From positions 1 to 34,213 of the forward strand of contig NW_025214443.1 of the NCBI RefSeq assembly GCF_004010195.1: a stretch of DNA of 34,213 nt, written 5' to 3'. The position numbers were made by a program, and so were the translations under genes. Under the pieces are notes generated by a model that saw nothing but the letters and a program-made list of their open reading frames with translations, ran no database searches and had not been told where the DNA came from. Every line of letters starts with the position of its first letter. The stretch's first letter is position 1. Source of the DNA: Chiloscyllium plagiosum. Lineage: Eukaryota. Below, in pieces: positions 10,507 to 22,449 of this stretch.

Positions 10507-10527
10507 TGAGGGCTCGTTGTATGGGAT
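10507..10527 (+). promoter_or_regulatory. Primer-binding site, degenerate tRNA-Pro type
   Basis: tgagggctcgt(tgtat)gggat versus the canonical TGGGGGCTCGTCCGGGAT, located right after the LTR end. Confidence 0.65.
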
Positions 10528-10649
10528 TTGGACAGATTTGAACAGATTTGGGGTACAAAAGGACCCAGCAGATTCCATCACCTAGACCTTCAAATAAAAC
10601 AGGTGAGAAAATTCATTTAATTTTGTTTCCTTGTGGCTGGTTAAATTAA

Positions 10650-11810
10650 AATAAATTGTTTTTAATGTTACTAAAGAGGTTCTGGAGTTTGAAGGTGATT
10701 CCAAAATTTGCCAAGAAGGCATGGAAAGACATAGGAAGGGCAGACTTTTAGAATTAACAAGTAGATTAGAATTGGGTTTCACCAGGGACAAAAGGAATGC
10801 TGAAATTGTAATGGAGTTGGTCAAGCACTTTGGTGTATCAGAGAAACAGACAACTGCAGGTGAGTTAGAAAAAATTAAATTGCACATGTGGCAACATGAG
10901 TTAGAAGATAAAGAAAGAGACAGAAAGAGAGAGAGAAAAAAGAGAAAGAGAGGAAAAAGAGAGGGGGAATTTGAAACTCAGAAGTTTGGAATTAGGTAAG
11001 AAAGTCAAATTAGCAGGATGAAGATGAAGGGAGAACATAGAGATGTATACTACTATGTTAATATGTTGCCATATTTCGGTGAGGAGTACCTTTTTTGTTA
11101 TATTTGCAAAATTTGCTTGGCAGATGGTGTGTCCAGTGAACTTGTGGGTAATTGTAGTTCAGACTAAGCTGATGTGCACAGCTTGAAAGATATGTGTAGT
11201 GCTGTCACATGAGGGAGCAAGAGATTATGCAGATGACAGACAGGCTATTTTGAGTGCTTATGAATTGGTACTAGAAGCATATGGACAGCTGTTCAGAAAT
11301 ATAGAGACGGAACCTGGTCAGGCTGATGTTGAGTTTGAAAGAAGTAACCACAGACATTTTGAGAAATGCGTGCAGGCCTTAAAAATGGACAAGATCTGTG
11401 AGGCCTGAAGGGAGATTATTCTGCTGGAAGAGTTTAAAATCTCACTTCCAGAAATGGTAAGAATTCAGGTGAATGAACAGAAAGTTCAAAAAATGAGAAG
11501 CGCAGCAGAAATGGCAGGTAAATATGCATTGGTGCATGAGAAGAAATTTAGCTTCTGGGAGGATTTTCATCCTGTGAGGGATAGAAATTGGGAGAAGGGG
11601 AGATCCTACACTACAAAACGAGTAAACACACGAGCAATAGTTTACCACAGGTGAAAGAAAAAGTCCAAGGGGTTTGAAAGGTGGTGAAAGGCCTCAGGTG
11701 TTCTCACTATAAGGGAGTGGAACACAAAAACTTCCAGTGCCATTGGTTTATGGAGGGCCCTGGGAATATGTGTTTCCACTGCAGTAAGCTGGGACACACA
11801 GTGCTGGGGG
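10650..11810 (+). pseudogene. gag: gag (SCAN-like capsid region, zinc knuckle), disrupted
   Basis: AILSAYELVLEAYGQLFRN...*REIILLEEFKISLPE....EQK.....AAEMA..Y, and CFHCSKLGH at ~11770. Confidence 0.85.
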
Positions 11811-11959
11811 TTGAAGGAAGGCACTTTGGGAAAAGGTGTGTGGAAGAGGTTAAACCAGTGACATGAGTGAAACTGGAAAAGGAGACCCCAAGTGGAGCTG
11901 CAGGAGCTGCAGGAGCTGCAGGAGAGTGCACAACCTAGGCAGGGGCTGTGTATGGAGGC

Positions 11960-12073
11960 ATTGCCTGATCTCTATAAAGAATTCGCCTCTGTGGTTGAAG
12001 TTTACTCAGAAAGAACAGGGGGAGAAGGACAAGAAGATATAATTTGTAAGATATGGGATCTGCTCAGTCTCTA
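11960..12073 (+). pseudogene. Aspartic protease N-terminal half
   Basis: gat atg gga tct gct cag tct cta = DMGSAQSL, a degenerate DTG(S/A)xQS active site. Confidence 0.7.
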
Positions 12074-12087
12074 AAAATTGAGAAGTT

Positions 12088-12145
12088 GGGGCACTGGAAA
12101 AGCAAAACAGATCAGGCAGCATTCGAAGAGCAGGACAATCGACAT
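12088..12145. mobile_element. Fragment of family A hammerhead/fold-back element at the PR/INT deletion junction
   Basis: ctggaaaagca.aacagatcaggcagcattcgaagagcaggacaatcgaca aligns to 7129-7180. Confidence 0.75.
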
Positions 12146-13716
12146 ATCAGGCAGGTGTACCTAGGTGTACGGAAAACTCAGGTTAAGGTACATAAGCATT
12201 TCTATTGGTCTGGAATGCACAAGGACGTGGTTATTTTTTGTTGTACATGTCATACATGCCAAATGGTAGGTACGTCACAGGCAGTAATAAAACCAGCACC
12301 TTTGTTGGCAATTCCTATATTCAAAGAACCTTTCATGTGGGTTATGATTAATTGTGTAGCTTCCCTTTCTAAAATAAAAGTGGAAACCAATATTTGCTGA
12401 TGATAATGGATGTGTCTCCCAGATTTCCGGAGGCAATTCCATTATGGAGTGCNNNNNNNNNNNNNNNNNNNNNNNNNNNNNNNNNNNNNNNNNNNNNNNN
12501 NNNNNNNNNNNNNNNNNNNNNNNNNNNNNNNNNNNNNNNNNNNNNNNNNNNNNNNNNNNNNNNNNNNNNNNNNNNNNNNNNNNNNNNNNNNNNNNNNNNN
12601 NNNNNNNNNNNNNNNNNNNNNNNNNNNNNNNNNNNNNNNNNNNNNNNNNNNNNNNNNNNNNNNNNNNNNNNNNNNNNNNNNNNNNNNNNNNNNNNNNNNN
12701 NNNNNNNNNNNNNNNNNNNNNNNNNNNNNNNNNNNNNNNNNNNNNNNNNNNNNNNNNNNNNNNNNNNNNNNNNNNNNNNNNNNNNNNNNNNNNNNNNNNN
12801 NNNNNNNNNNNNNNNNNNNNNNNNNNNNNNNNNNNNNNNNNNNNNNNNNNNNNNNNNNNNNNNNNNNNNNNNNNNNNNNNNNNNNNNNNNNNNNNNNNNN
12901 NNNNNNNNNNNNNNNNNNNNNNNNNNNNNNNNNNNNNNNNNNNNNNNNNNNNNNNNNNNNNNTAAATTGCTTGCCATCGGAGATGCCCCAAATAAATCTA
13001 CTCAGTTTACTTCCTTTGAGATAATATTCGTACATGAAGTGAGAGGTCCTTGAAATAAATTAAATATAAATTGACAGGACCGAAGTCAGAGATCTCACAC
13101 TTGGATTATGTATGTGAGTTGAAGGAGAGATTATATGGAGTAGGTGAGTTATGTAAACAGCACCTGAAAAGGACACAACATAGAGTGAAGCAGGTGGCAG
13201 ATAAAAACTCTGAAACTTTGACGATTTCCCACTTCTGCCTGACCCTCTGCCTGTTCAGGTTTTTTTCTGCACCGTTACATCAAACAGGGTGTCAGTTAAC
13301 TGAACATCCACTCCTTGGTCTTTTTCTTTAACTTTTCCTTCCTGCTGTAACTTATGGGATCATGTTACTACACAATCTGGAAAATTTCCTGGGTATTTTT
13401 CTTTTAATTCCCCAGTTCCCTAGTCTTCCTTTGACTTCTCCACCACAGGGGATACCTCTCCCACTTTGTATCCTGTTAAATGGTTCCCAAGAACAAACTG
13501 CATTCCTGGAACTGACACTCTGTCACGCATTCTCACCGTTACTTCCCCAATCTTGATACGGGAATGACGTATTAATATTGCTACCAGTAGTAGGAAATCT
13601 GGTCAAAGCCAGTTTTAGTAGTCTCTTTCAAATTAAAAAAACATGTTGAGTCAGTTAAACTATCTCGTAAAGATGCTGGATATAACAAAAACGTTACCGA
13701 GTATTTCATATGAATG
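12146..13716 (+). pseudogene. Integrase (H2C2 finger, core partly in gap, GPY/F-like C-terminus)
   Basis: LGVRKT...KHFYW.GM.KDV..FC.TCHTCQ.VG; PFMWV.I.CV; MD...RFPEAIPL; STQFTSFEIIF.HEVRGP; from 13560 GNDVLILLP...KASFS. Confidence 0.9.
13225..13560 (-). pseudogene. Inverted, displaced protease C-terminal half and linker of the same element type
   Basis: Minus strand reads IGEVTVRMRDRVSVPGMQFVLGNHLTG...KYPGNFPDCVVT*S, matching the ILGNDL and F..C.VTR motifs. Confidence 0.75.
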
Positions 13717-13724
13717 AATAATGC

Positions 13725-14890
13725 ATTTAAGATTCAGGAACAGAGTTGTGGCCAGATGAACAAATTGTGCAGATTATCTGTATGATGCAGTGATCTTTAG
13801 CAAGGGATTGAAAGCTCACATGTTACAGTTGCCAGAGCATGTTGAACGATTACAAGAAGCAAACTTGGTAATAAAGTTAAAGAAAACAGAATTCGCGAAG
13901 GCAGAGGGGACGTTCTTGGAACATTACATTGGACATGGAAGGTTGACCCCATGGAACACAAAGACGAAGGGCTTTGAGGAATTTCCACAACCATCCTCGA
14001 AGAAAGAGGTGCTTCGATTTTGGGGACTGAGTGGATTCTATCGGAAGTTTGTTGCAAACTTCAGCAGCGTATTGGCACCACTGATGGGTTTATTAAAGAA
14101 GGAAACAGAATTTACGGGCGGCATGGTGGCACAGCAGTTAGCACTGTTGCCTCACAGCGCCAGAGACCTGGGTTCAATTCCCGCCTCAGGCGATTGTGTG
14201 GAGTTTGCACGTTCTCCCCGTGTCTGCGTGGGTGTGCTCCGGTTTCCTCCCACAGTCCAAAAATGTGCAGGTTAGGTGAATTGGCCATGCAAAATTGCCC
14301 GTAGTGTTAGGTAAGGGGTAAATGTATGGGTTTGGGTGGGTTGCGCTTCGGCGGGTCGGTGTGGACTTGTTGGGCCGAAGGGCCTGTTTCCACATTGTAA
14401 TGTAATCTAATTGTGTTGGACAGAACAATGCCAGGAGGCATTTGAGAATTTTAAAGCAGGATTAATCACCGCACCAGTTTTATCTGCACCAAATATTTTG
14501 AAACCCTTTGAACCCTTTGAAAATTGTGTTTGATGCTAGGGGTATAGGTGTCGGCGATGTATTGATACAGTATGATGATGGTGGAATTGAATAGCCAATT
14601 GGCTACTTGTCGAAAAAACTCAATATTCACCAGAAAAAAAATGCAAAATCTCCATTATTGAAAAAGAATGATTCGTACTGGCCTGGCAATATTTTAATGT
14701 TTATATGACAAACAAATTGTCGGAGATGGTTGTGGACAACAACAATCCTCTCGCATTTTCTGGAATATTTAAAGACCAGAATATGAGACTATTTCATTGG
14801 AGTCTTATCTTACCGACTTTAAACTTACAAAATGTATATATGCTGTGGATCCTGAATATGTGATAACAGATGTGTTATCGAGGATTTAAA
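13725..14890 (+). pseudogene. Reverse transcriptase (C-terminal half) and RNase H, split by a SINE
   Basis: NCADYLYDAVIFS (degenerate YLDD), ANLVIKLKKTEFA, KKEVLRFWGLSGFYRKFVANFS..APL; after the SINE WTEQCQEAF, DA..IGVG.VL.Q and PIGYLSKKL. Confidence 0.9.
14116..14410 (+). mobile_element. HE1-type V-SINE inserted in the Gypsy RT/RH connection
   Basis: Near-identical to 7647-7972; the host reading (KKETEF | WTEQC) resumes after it. Confidence 0.95.
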
Positions 14891-15058
14891 GGACTAAGCT
14901 TAGATAAGATTTGACTTATTCCAGTGTTATATATCTGTGCAGAATTAGTATGAATAGCATAACAGAAATTAATACTTTTGTATTTCATAATAATGGGATT
15001 AAGAATTAGAGGAAAATAAATGAAGTTATCTTTTCATTCTGATGGTTCATCTTTTTCT

Positions 15059-15070
15059 GAAGAGGGGAGG
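15059..15070 (+). promoter_or_regulatory. Polypurine tract
   Basis: gaagaggggagg lies immediately before the TG start of the 3' LTR. Confidence 0.8.
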
Positions 15071-15830
15071 TGTTGTGAAGCTGAAAGCATGTCTGGTCAC
15101 TTTAAAACAGAACGGGTTTTGCTGAATAGAAAGTACAGCCATAGATGCCAGCTTAAGGTCAGGCTGTTCCACATGTAACAATTAGGTAAGAAATGGCTGT
15201 TTTGACACCAATTCAAATATAACCAAAGATTTTAAATAACGCTCAGAATACCAGAAGCCAACGGAATTCGAATATTATTGTTTGGACACCTGGAAAGCAA
15301 TCAAATTATGAGAATTATTGTATCATGGGAAGTATATAATCCCAGCATTTTGAACACTAGAGGGAGAGCCGCTGCCATCCAACAGCAGTCCAACAACTGC
15401 TGTAGAGCAGAAGTGCTAACTGACCATCTCAAACACTCTCTATCAAAGACACATGTTCATGTAAAACCTACTTGCAGTTAATAAAAAAGCATGACCCAGG
15501 GAGATCAGCAGCTGAAAGAGTGAACACAGCGGGGAAGATAGAGACTGTGTGGTCTTGAGATTGTAATACTTAATATGTGGGTTGTTGGAACAGCATATTT
15601 TTACAGAGTTGGAGTCAGATAGTAAGTAGCTAAGAAAAGAGGGGCTTGTGTTTGTGAATAGTTGTTGTTTAGTGTTCACTATTGAAGTTAAGAAACTAAC
15701 TTGTTCTTTTTTTAAAATAGTGGAATTTCGGAGATCTGTGTCGCTCATATGTTAACAGATTATGAGGTGAGGCGAGCTTTTCTGGGTGTTTGGGTTTAAT
15801 TAACAAAGGGGTTTGACTCCACCTTGTAAA
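15071..15830 (+). repeat. 3' LTR (~760 bp)
   Basis: Starts tgttgtg after the PPT, has a TATA-like tatataa (~15333) and aataaa (~15480), and its 3' end matches the 5' LTR remnant. Confidence 0.8.
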
Positions 15831-15849
15831 TGCAGTTTCCATGCATTTC

Positions 15850-16925
15850 CATGCAGTTGGTCCATATCCTTCTAGTCCTTTCCAATCCACATATTTATCC
15901 AAATGCTTTTGAAATGTTGTTAATGCACACATCCCCTCAACCACATCTGCTGTCAGCTCATCCACGTATCAACCCTCTGTGTAAAGAAGTGACCCCTCAG
16001 GTTCCCTTTTATCCCTTCCCCTCTAACCTTGAACTGATCCCCTCTCGTCCTCGATTCTCTAAACCTTGGAAAAAGACTGAGAGCATTTACCCTATCTATA
16101 AACCCTCACGATCGTATACAGCTCTATAAGGTCCCCCCCTCAAACTCCTACACTCTAAAGAAAAGGTCCTAGCTTGTCCAACCTCTCCCTATAACTCAGA
16201 CCATTGAGTCCTGGCAACGTCTTTGTAAATATCGTCTGCACTCTTTCTCATTTCATAACATCCTCCTTAAAACAACGTGACAAAAACTGAACACAATACT
16301 CCAAGTGCGGCCTTACCAAAGTCCTGTGTAACTGCAACATAAATTTCCAACATCTATACTCAATGTCCTGCCTGATGAAGGCCAGTGTGCCAAAAGCCTT
16401 CTTCACTGCCCTGTCCACATGTGACTCAACTCTCAGACAACCATGCACCTGAACGCCAAGATCTCTCTGCCCATTACATCCCTTAAGGCTCTCCCATTCA
16501 CTATGAAACTCCTACCTTAATTTGAGTTTCCAAAACTTCCTCACTGATCACGCTACCACTTATTTTAGTGTCACCTGCAAACTTACTAATCATGCCTTGT
16601 AAATTCTCAACCCAATCATGGATAACAAACAGCTATGGACCCAGCCTCCAGTCTGACAAGCATCCGCCCACTAAACCCTCTGCTTCCCAGCATCAAGCCA
16701 ACTGTGTATCCAATGGGCCAGTTCCCCCAGCATTCCACGTGATGGAACCTTCCAGAGCAGCCTGCCGTGTGGAACCTTATCAAAGGCCTTACTGAAATCC
16801 ATTGAGACTGCGTCTACCGCTCTGCCCTCGTCAACCTTCTTGGTCACTACATCAAAGAACTCTAACAAATTTGGGAAACATGATCTCCCACTCACAAGTC
16901 TATGCTGACCGGTCTGAATCAAACC
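15850..16925 (-). mobile_element. CR1 LINE RT-to-3' fragment
   Basis: ORFs give GRSCFPNLLEFF..VTKKVDEGRAVDAV.MDFSKAFDKVPHGRL and RTLVRPHLEYCVQF. Confidence 0.95.
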
Positions 16926-17804
16926 CTGTGTACGTAATGGGTGCAGTCAATGGTATGCTGTCCTTCATTGTAAGATGATTCGAGTACATAAGTAAAGCCA
17001 TTTTCCTGCTGTTGTAGACTTGCTGAGAGAGTATTTGGGGCACTCTCTACCGATTTGATCTCCCTTGTAAGGAATGATCTCCTTACCCCAGACATAGGTG
17101 ATGGTAACATGAGGATAGAGTGAAGACATTGTGGTTTAGTCTGTGGAGCTGTGTGAGACGAAGAAATGGCAATGCTAAAGCATGAGGTGTGGCAGCGATC
17201 ACTTATTTCCAAAAGAGACATTGATACGGTGAGAAATTCCATACCTTACCCAGGATTAATTGATCTGATTTATTGTCACATGTACCTCAGTACAGGGAAA
17301 CACTTTATTTATGAGCAGTTAAGGCAGATCAATATCAACATGGCCAGGCAGATCATAGGGTGGAAATAGACTTGGACAGAGTAAGGCACACAGTTACACT
17401 GCACAGGACGTGCACTAGACATGATCAACGTGAAAAAGATCAGCATGATTTGAACTTAGAGAGTCCATTCATCAGTCTAATGTGGCTTTGCTAATTGTTT
17501 ATGTGCCTTAATTAACTTTCCCGTACTGAACGCCATGTTCAGTAGCCACAATACCTTCCTTCTGAAACACGTAGCCATTCCCACCAGCTTCTGCTCTCCA
17601 TAGAGAATACCAGGCTGGCTTCTTGGAGATGGAAGATGCCTTATTGAGACTTCACACAAGACATATGGCTTCAATCCTCACAGTGAGAAAACCACGTTAA
17701 AGTCCCACATGTGTATCATAAGCAATGGAGCCAGGAGGAACAACGCGGAACTGTCTGTCTGTGCAGCCTCTGCTCCACTTATTCATCATGTTAGAGCATC
17801 AATT

Positions 17805-17935
17805 AGGAGACAGTGAGGACTGCCCATGCTGGAGATCAGAGTAGAGAGTGGATTGCTGGAAAAACACAGCAGGTCAGGCAGCATCCGAGGAGCAGGAGAA
17901 TCGACGTTATAGGCATTAGCCATTCATCAGGAATT
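17805..17935 (-). mobile_element. Family A element, single-arm copy with decayed hammerhead
   Basis: Reverse complement of 7212-7319 plus core CTGATGA-a-tggc-taat-gcct-ataa-cGTC. Confidence 0.85.
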
Positions 17936-17969
17936 AGCATCAATTACCTCATTCTGTCCCTGTGTAAGT

Positions 17970-18985
17970 GCGTTGAGGCGGGAATGGCCTCCTCCTGTTC
18001 CTGTATAAGTAGCTTGAGGGGCTGAATGGCGTCCCCTTGTTGCTGTCGAAGTGACTCAAGGGGCTGAATGGCCTCATCTTATTGCTGTTTAAGTGACTCA
18101 AGGGATTGACTGGCTTCTTCCTCGTCCGATAGGACAGGGCCAAGGGCCTGTTTGGATTACCCCTGGTTCCTGTTGACAGCTCGATGTGCTGAAAGTGTGA
18201 CGGTGCTGTAGCTTCAAGAGGTTATTTTGTCCTGGTTTCTTTTCGGAGAGAGATTGGATGATCGTTACCAAGCTGGCTAGTTCAGACCACTTGAGGAAAC
18301 AGCGAGAGAGTCCTTAGGTTAATTTTAATGCAGCCTGAATGGGTGTGGCCAGCTCTCACAGATTAGGATCACTGGATTTTGGTTTCTCAGTAACATCAGA
18401 AACTATTGGGGTCTCCACAGAATTGGAAGCCTCAGTGACTATCTCCTGGCTGCTACTCTTTCTGAATTTTCTCTTGATGCTGTTTTTAATTCCTGGATTG
18501 GAGAAATGTTTGTGACAATCTGTGTCTGAATATTATTTTTTGCCAAGGGCTGTGCTTAAGGGATTTTCGTATATAGGAACAGTTCATTAGTAATAGTTCG
18601 AAGATCCATTATTCTGTTAACTTGTCCAATAGATTTAAGTTATTCTAAATTCCTCTTTCTTTGGTTTCATCGTATCTTTCATGTTTAAGTAGATGGTGTT
18701 TTGCTTCACACCGAGTAGTTTGACCAGTCACATTGCATCTGGACCAGACACTTTACATTTCCTTTAAAATATGAAAACATTAGAGTCTAGGTTACCGCCT
18801 TCAAATATTTTCGAGGGGCTTCAAATATTTTCGATGTGGCCCATCACACTAGATTCCTTCTCTTGCTGAGTAATAGCTGGAGGCACTGAATGGGCTATCC
18901 CTGTTCATCTCGAATAGTGTCAATGGGCTGAATGACTTCCTTATATTCCTGTGAAACTAGTGTGAGGTGCAGAATGAACTCTTAT
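17970..18985 (+). repeat. Degenerate ~42-bp tandem array of CR1 3'-terminal motif (gggctgaatggcct.ctcctgtt), split by an LTR
   Basis: gaatggc/gactggc recurs at ~42-bp spacing across ~17980-18110, and the array resumes at 18868-18985. Confidence 0.7.
18196..18848. mobile_element. Probable solo LTR (653 bp)
   Basis: TGTGA...TCACA inverted termini, non-coding, and interrupts the tandem array. The TSD is not clean. Confidence 0.6.
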
Positions 18986-19059
18986 TTTACTGTGGCAATG
19001 TGCAATGTCAGGCAGTGCTGTTACATGTATGTTACAGACACTTTAACAGCACAAGCCTC

Positions 19060-19450
19060 AATGGAGTCTGGGTCTTGCTGCACATGGACACAGACCAATT
19101 CAGGAGCTGATGGGGTCAAAACATTCTGAACATTGTGGAATCTTCAGTGACCATCACCACATTCTGATCTTATGGTGGGGACGGTGGGAGCGGGGAGAAA
19201 TTGATAAAGCAGCTGAAGATGTTTGTGAAGAGGAAGCTACCCTGAGGATCTCCCACAGATGTGACCCAGGACGGAGATTATGAACATCTTCCTTTGTGCC
19301 ATGTTTGACTCCAAACACTGGACTGTTTAGTCTGATTCCCATTAAGTCCAGTTTTGTTCAGCTCCTTGATGCCAGCAGAAGTTAACCACTGCCTTGATAT
19401 CAGGGCCAGTCATTTTTACCTGAACCCTTGTGTCAACTTCTTTTGTTCAT
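19060..19450 (-). mobile_element. Non-LTR RT fragment (CR1/L2 group)
   Basis: Minus strand resembles ALDIKAAFD.VWHQG...KL..MGI. Confidence 0.6.
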
Positions 19451-19499
19451 ATCAATAGGCCATGATATAGGAGCAGCGAGTGCTTTCTTCAAACAGGTG

Positions 19500-19720
19500 C
19501 TATTGAATGTCAGGATTTCTCTTCTCAAGAGTGTTCGGGGAGCTAGATGACTGAAAGTATTTGAAGAGGAGGTCGATGGATATTGACCTGTCACAGAGTT
19601 GAGGGCTATGAAGAATTGGGTATAAAAGAGGATTTGAGACCAAGAACAGATCAGTCATGATCTTAAGGAAGGGCAAGGCAGGCTTGGGGAGTGAATGACC
19701 TGCCCCTGTTATTGGAAAGT
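19500..19720 (+). mobile_element. CR1 3' fragment
   Basis: gatcagtcatgatctt...gaatgacctgcccctgtt 3' UTR motif. Confidence 0.65.
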
Positions 19721-20069
19721 TAGTGGGTGTTATTTTCATGAATGTTCTGTTATTGAATGTTGCAGTCATGGAGACCAGAGGATTTTGTGAACCATTGATT
19801 GGTGAGGTATGGGGGCTGTAATTACAGTGAATTTGGGTCTACAACATGACCAACAAATGAAGCACAAGTTGCAGACAGAAGCTCTGTAAAGAGAGATGAG
19901 GGGCCTTTTTTATACCCAGCCTGGGTTTTCCAATTACATTTCCCAAATCACCTCAAAGCGTGTGGGACAGCCTTGAAGGGCTGAATGATCTCCTTTATTT
20001 CTGTGCACAAGTTTATAGCAGTAAGTACCCTCCCACTGCTCCTGTCTCACAAGTTTGGTGTGCAGAATG

Positions 20070-21605
20070 GAACACAGGAACATGGGACTGAGGAGCAGGA
20101 GTGGGTCATTAGATACTTTGAGCCTTCTCCACCAGGCACTAAGATTGTGGCTGATCAGGTTGTGGACTCAGCCCCACTTTCCTGTCTGTATCCCATTATC
20201 TGTGACTCACTTCCCTGTCAAATATTTAACAAAAGCAGCTTTCAATCAATGTGAACATAGAGGCACGATAAACTTTCAGTGAAAAGAATTCTGACTTGAA
20301 AGGTTCTTTTAGAATTTTTTGTCATGCCTCTTATAGAATCAGAGAGTCATGCAGAACGGAAACAGACCCAGTAGTCCAATCTGTTCACTCCGATCAGATA
20401 TCAAATCTGATCCAGTCCCATTTGCCAGCATTTGGCCAATATCCCTCCTGTCAGATACTTTTTAAATGTGCGATTGTAACCAACTTCACCTCTAATAGCC
20501 CTTTCTGTACACACACCACTCTCTGTGCTAAACATTTACCCTAAGGTCCCTTCTAAATCATTCACCCTCTCGCCTTCAACTTATGCCCTCTTGTTCTGGG
20601 CTCTCCTATCCTGGGAAACAGAAAGTGCCTGTTCGGAATGTACATGCCCCTGATAGTTTTATATACCACTATAATGTCACCTTCTGCCTCTGACACTCCA
20701 GGGAGAAACACCTCAACCTAATCAACTTCTCCCGAAAGCTCAAACCCTCCAGTCCTGGAACATCCGTGTCAATCTTTCCTGCAGACCAACAAGTTGTATG
20801 CAGTATTCTTAAAGTGGCCGAACCAACATCCTGTACAGATGCAACCCCTATACTCAATGCTCTGACTGATTAAGGCAGAAGTGTCAAATGTGTTCTGCAC
20901 CACCACTGTCTACCTGCAACTCCACTTTCAAGGAACAATGTACCTGCCGCCCTCGGTCCCTTTGTTCTACAACACTCCCCAGGACCATTAAGTGTATAAT
21001 TTCTGCCCTGATTTGTCTTCCCAAAATGCAAAACCTCGTGTTTATCTAAATTAAATGTCATCTGTCACTCCTTGCACCATTGTCCCATCTAATTGTGGTC
21101 TCGTACTCTGAAATAATCTACTACATCACCTTTCTGATGTCATCTGTAACCTTACGAACTATGGCCCCGATATTCACATCCAGATCCCTGACATAAATGA
21201 TGAAATGCAGTGAACTCAGTACTGATTCTTACAGCACAGTGCTGCTCACAAGCCTCCAGTCTGAAAAATACGCCTCTTCCTTCAAGCCAATTATGACGAG
21301 CTTCCTCTGTATCCCATGTGACCGAACCTTATTCATCTGCCTACCAATCGGAATGTTATGAACACCTTGCTGAGGTCCATGTGGACAATGTCTACCAAAC
21401 TGTCTTCATCAATCTTCTTTGTCACCTCTTCATAAAACTCAATCAAATTAATGAGACATGATTTCCCATGCAGAAAGACACGTTGCCTACCCCGATCAGC
21501 CCTTACCTTCCCAAATGTATGTAAATCCTATCCCTCAGAATCACTTCTAACAACTTACCCAACACTGACATCAGGCTCACGGGTCTATAGTTTCCCAGTT
21601 TTTTG
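20070..21605 (-). mobile_element. Two CR1 3'-anchored fragments (~20070-20290 and ~20335-21605), deleted
   Basis: MTFNLDKHEVLHFGKTNQGR.YT, GLEGLSFREKL.RL..FSLE.QR and a degenerate V.K.IDE..VD.V.MD.SK. Confidence 0.85.
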
Positions 21606-22113
21606 TGTCACTGTTTCCTTTTCTAGTCCCACTCCTCCACTGCTCACAACAAATGTTAAATATAACCAGGTTGGTGATGTGGCCGATGATATCGGTCTCA
21701 GACTGGGTCAGGGTCAGTTTTAGGAACAAGTCAGGCTAGTTTCTTTAATCTGCTCAAATAGCACGTTTATGATCCAGAGCAATGCTACTCAAACAATGAT
21801 GGAAAGATGAATGGCAAAGTGTTTGGGTATTGCAAATATATAATCAATATTTCTCTGTTTAAAACACTGACACACACAACGATAAACAAAATCTCTGCAA
21901 TTTTAACTTGAAAGAACTTTGTCTAAATCTTAGTGTAACTCACGACAAAATAAAAACTGAGAGATTGCCAAAAATGTTATTCTGCTTCTGAAGATATTCT
22001 ACACACAGCTGCTAGCAATGGGATTTCATCCTGGAACAGTTGGATTTGGCTGAATTCCCTGAGCATTAGGCAGTGAGGAGATTCCAATGGATTCTGATCA
22101 GTGATCGCCCAAA

Positions 22114-22449
22114 GAGTAGCACGGTGGCTCAATGGTTAGCACCGCTGTCTCATAGCATCAGGGGCCCGGGTTTGATTCTAAACTTGGGCGACTGTCTGTG
22201 TGGAGTTTGTACATTCTCCCCTTGTCTGTGTGAGCTTCTAATGGGTGTTCCAATTTCCTCCCACAGTCCAAATCTGTGCAGGTTAGGTGGATTGGCCATG
22301 CTAAATGGTCCATAGTGTTCAGGGATTTCTAGGTTAGGTGCATTCGTCAGGGGTAAATATAGGGGAACGGGTTGGGAAGGTTACTCTTTGGAAGGTTGGT
22401 ATGGAGTTATTGGGTTGAAGGGCCTGTTTCCACACTGCAGGGATTCTAT
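22114..22449 (+). mobile_element. Older HE1-type V-SINE subfamily copy
   Basis: Diverged tRNA head (tggctcaatgg), V-domain and CR1-type tail gggcctgtttccacactg.agggattctat. Confidence 0.9.

Larger units (their letters stand above)
10365..15830 (+). mobile_element. Gmr1-like Ty3/Gypsy LTR retrotransposon, decayed and rearranged
   Basis: Partial 5' LTR, PBS, gag, protease, integrase upstream of RT and RNase H, PPT and 3' LTR are all visible. Confidence 0.9.
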
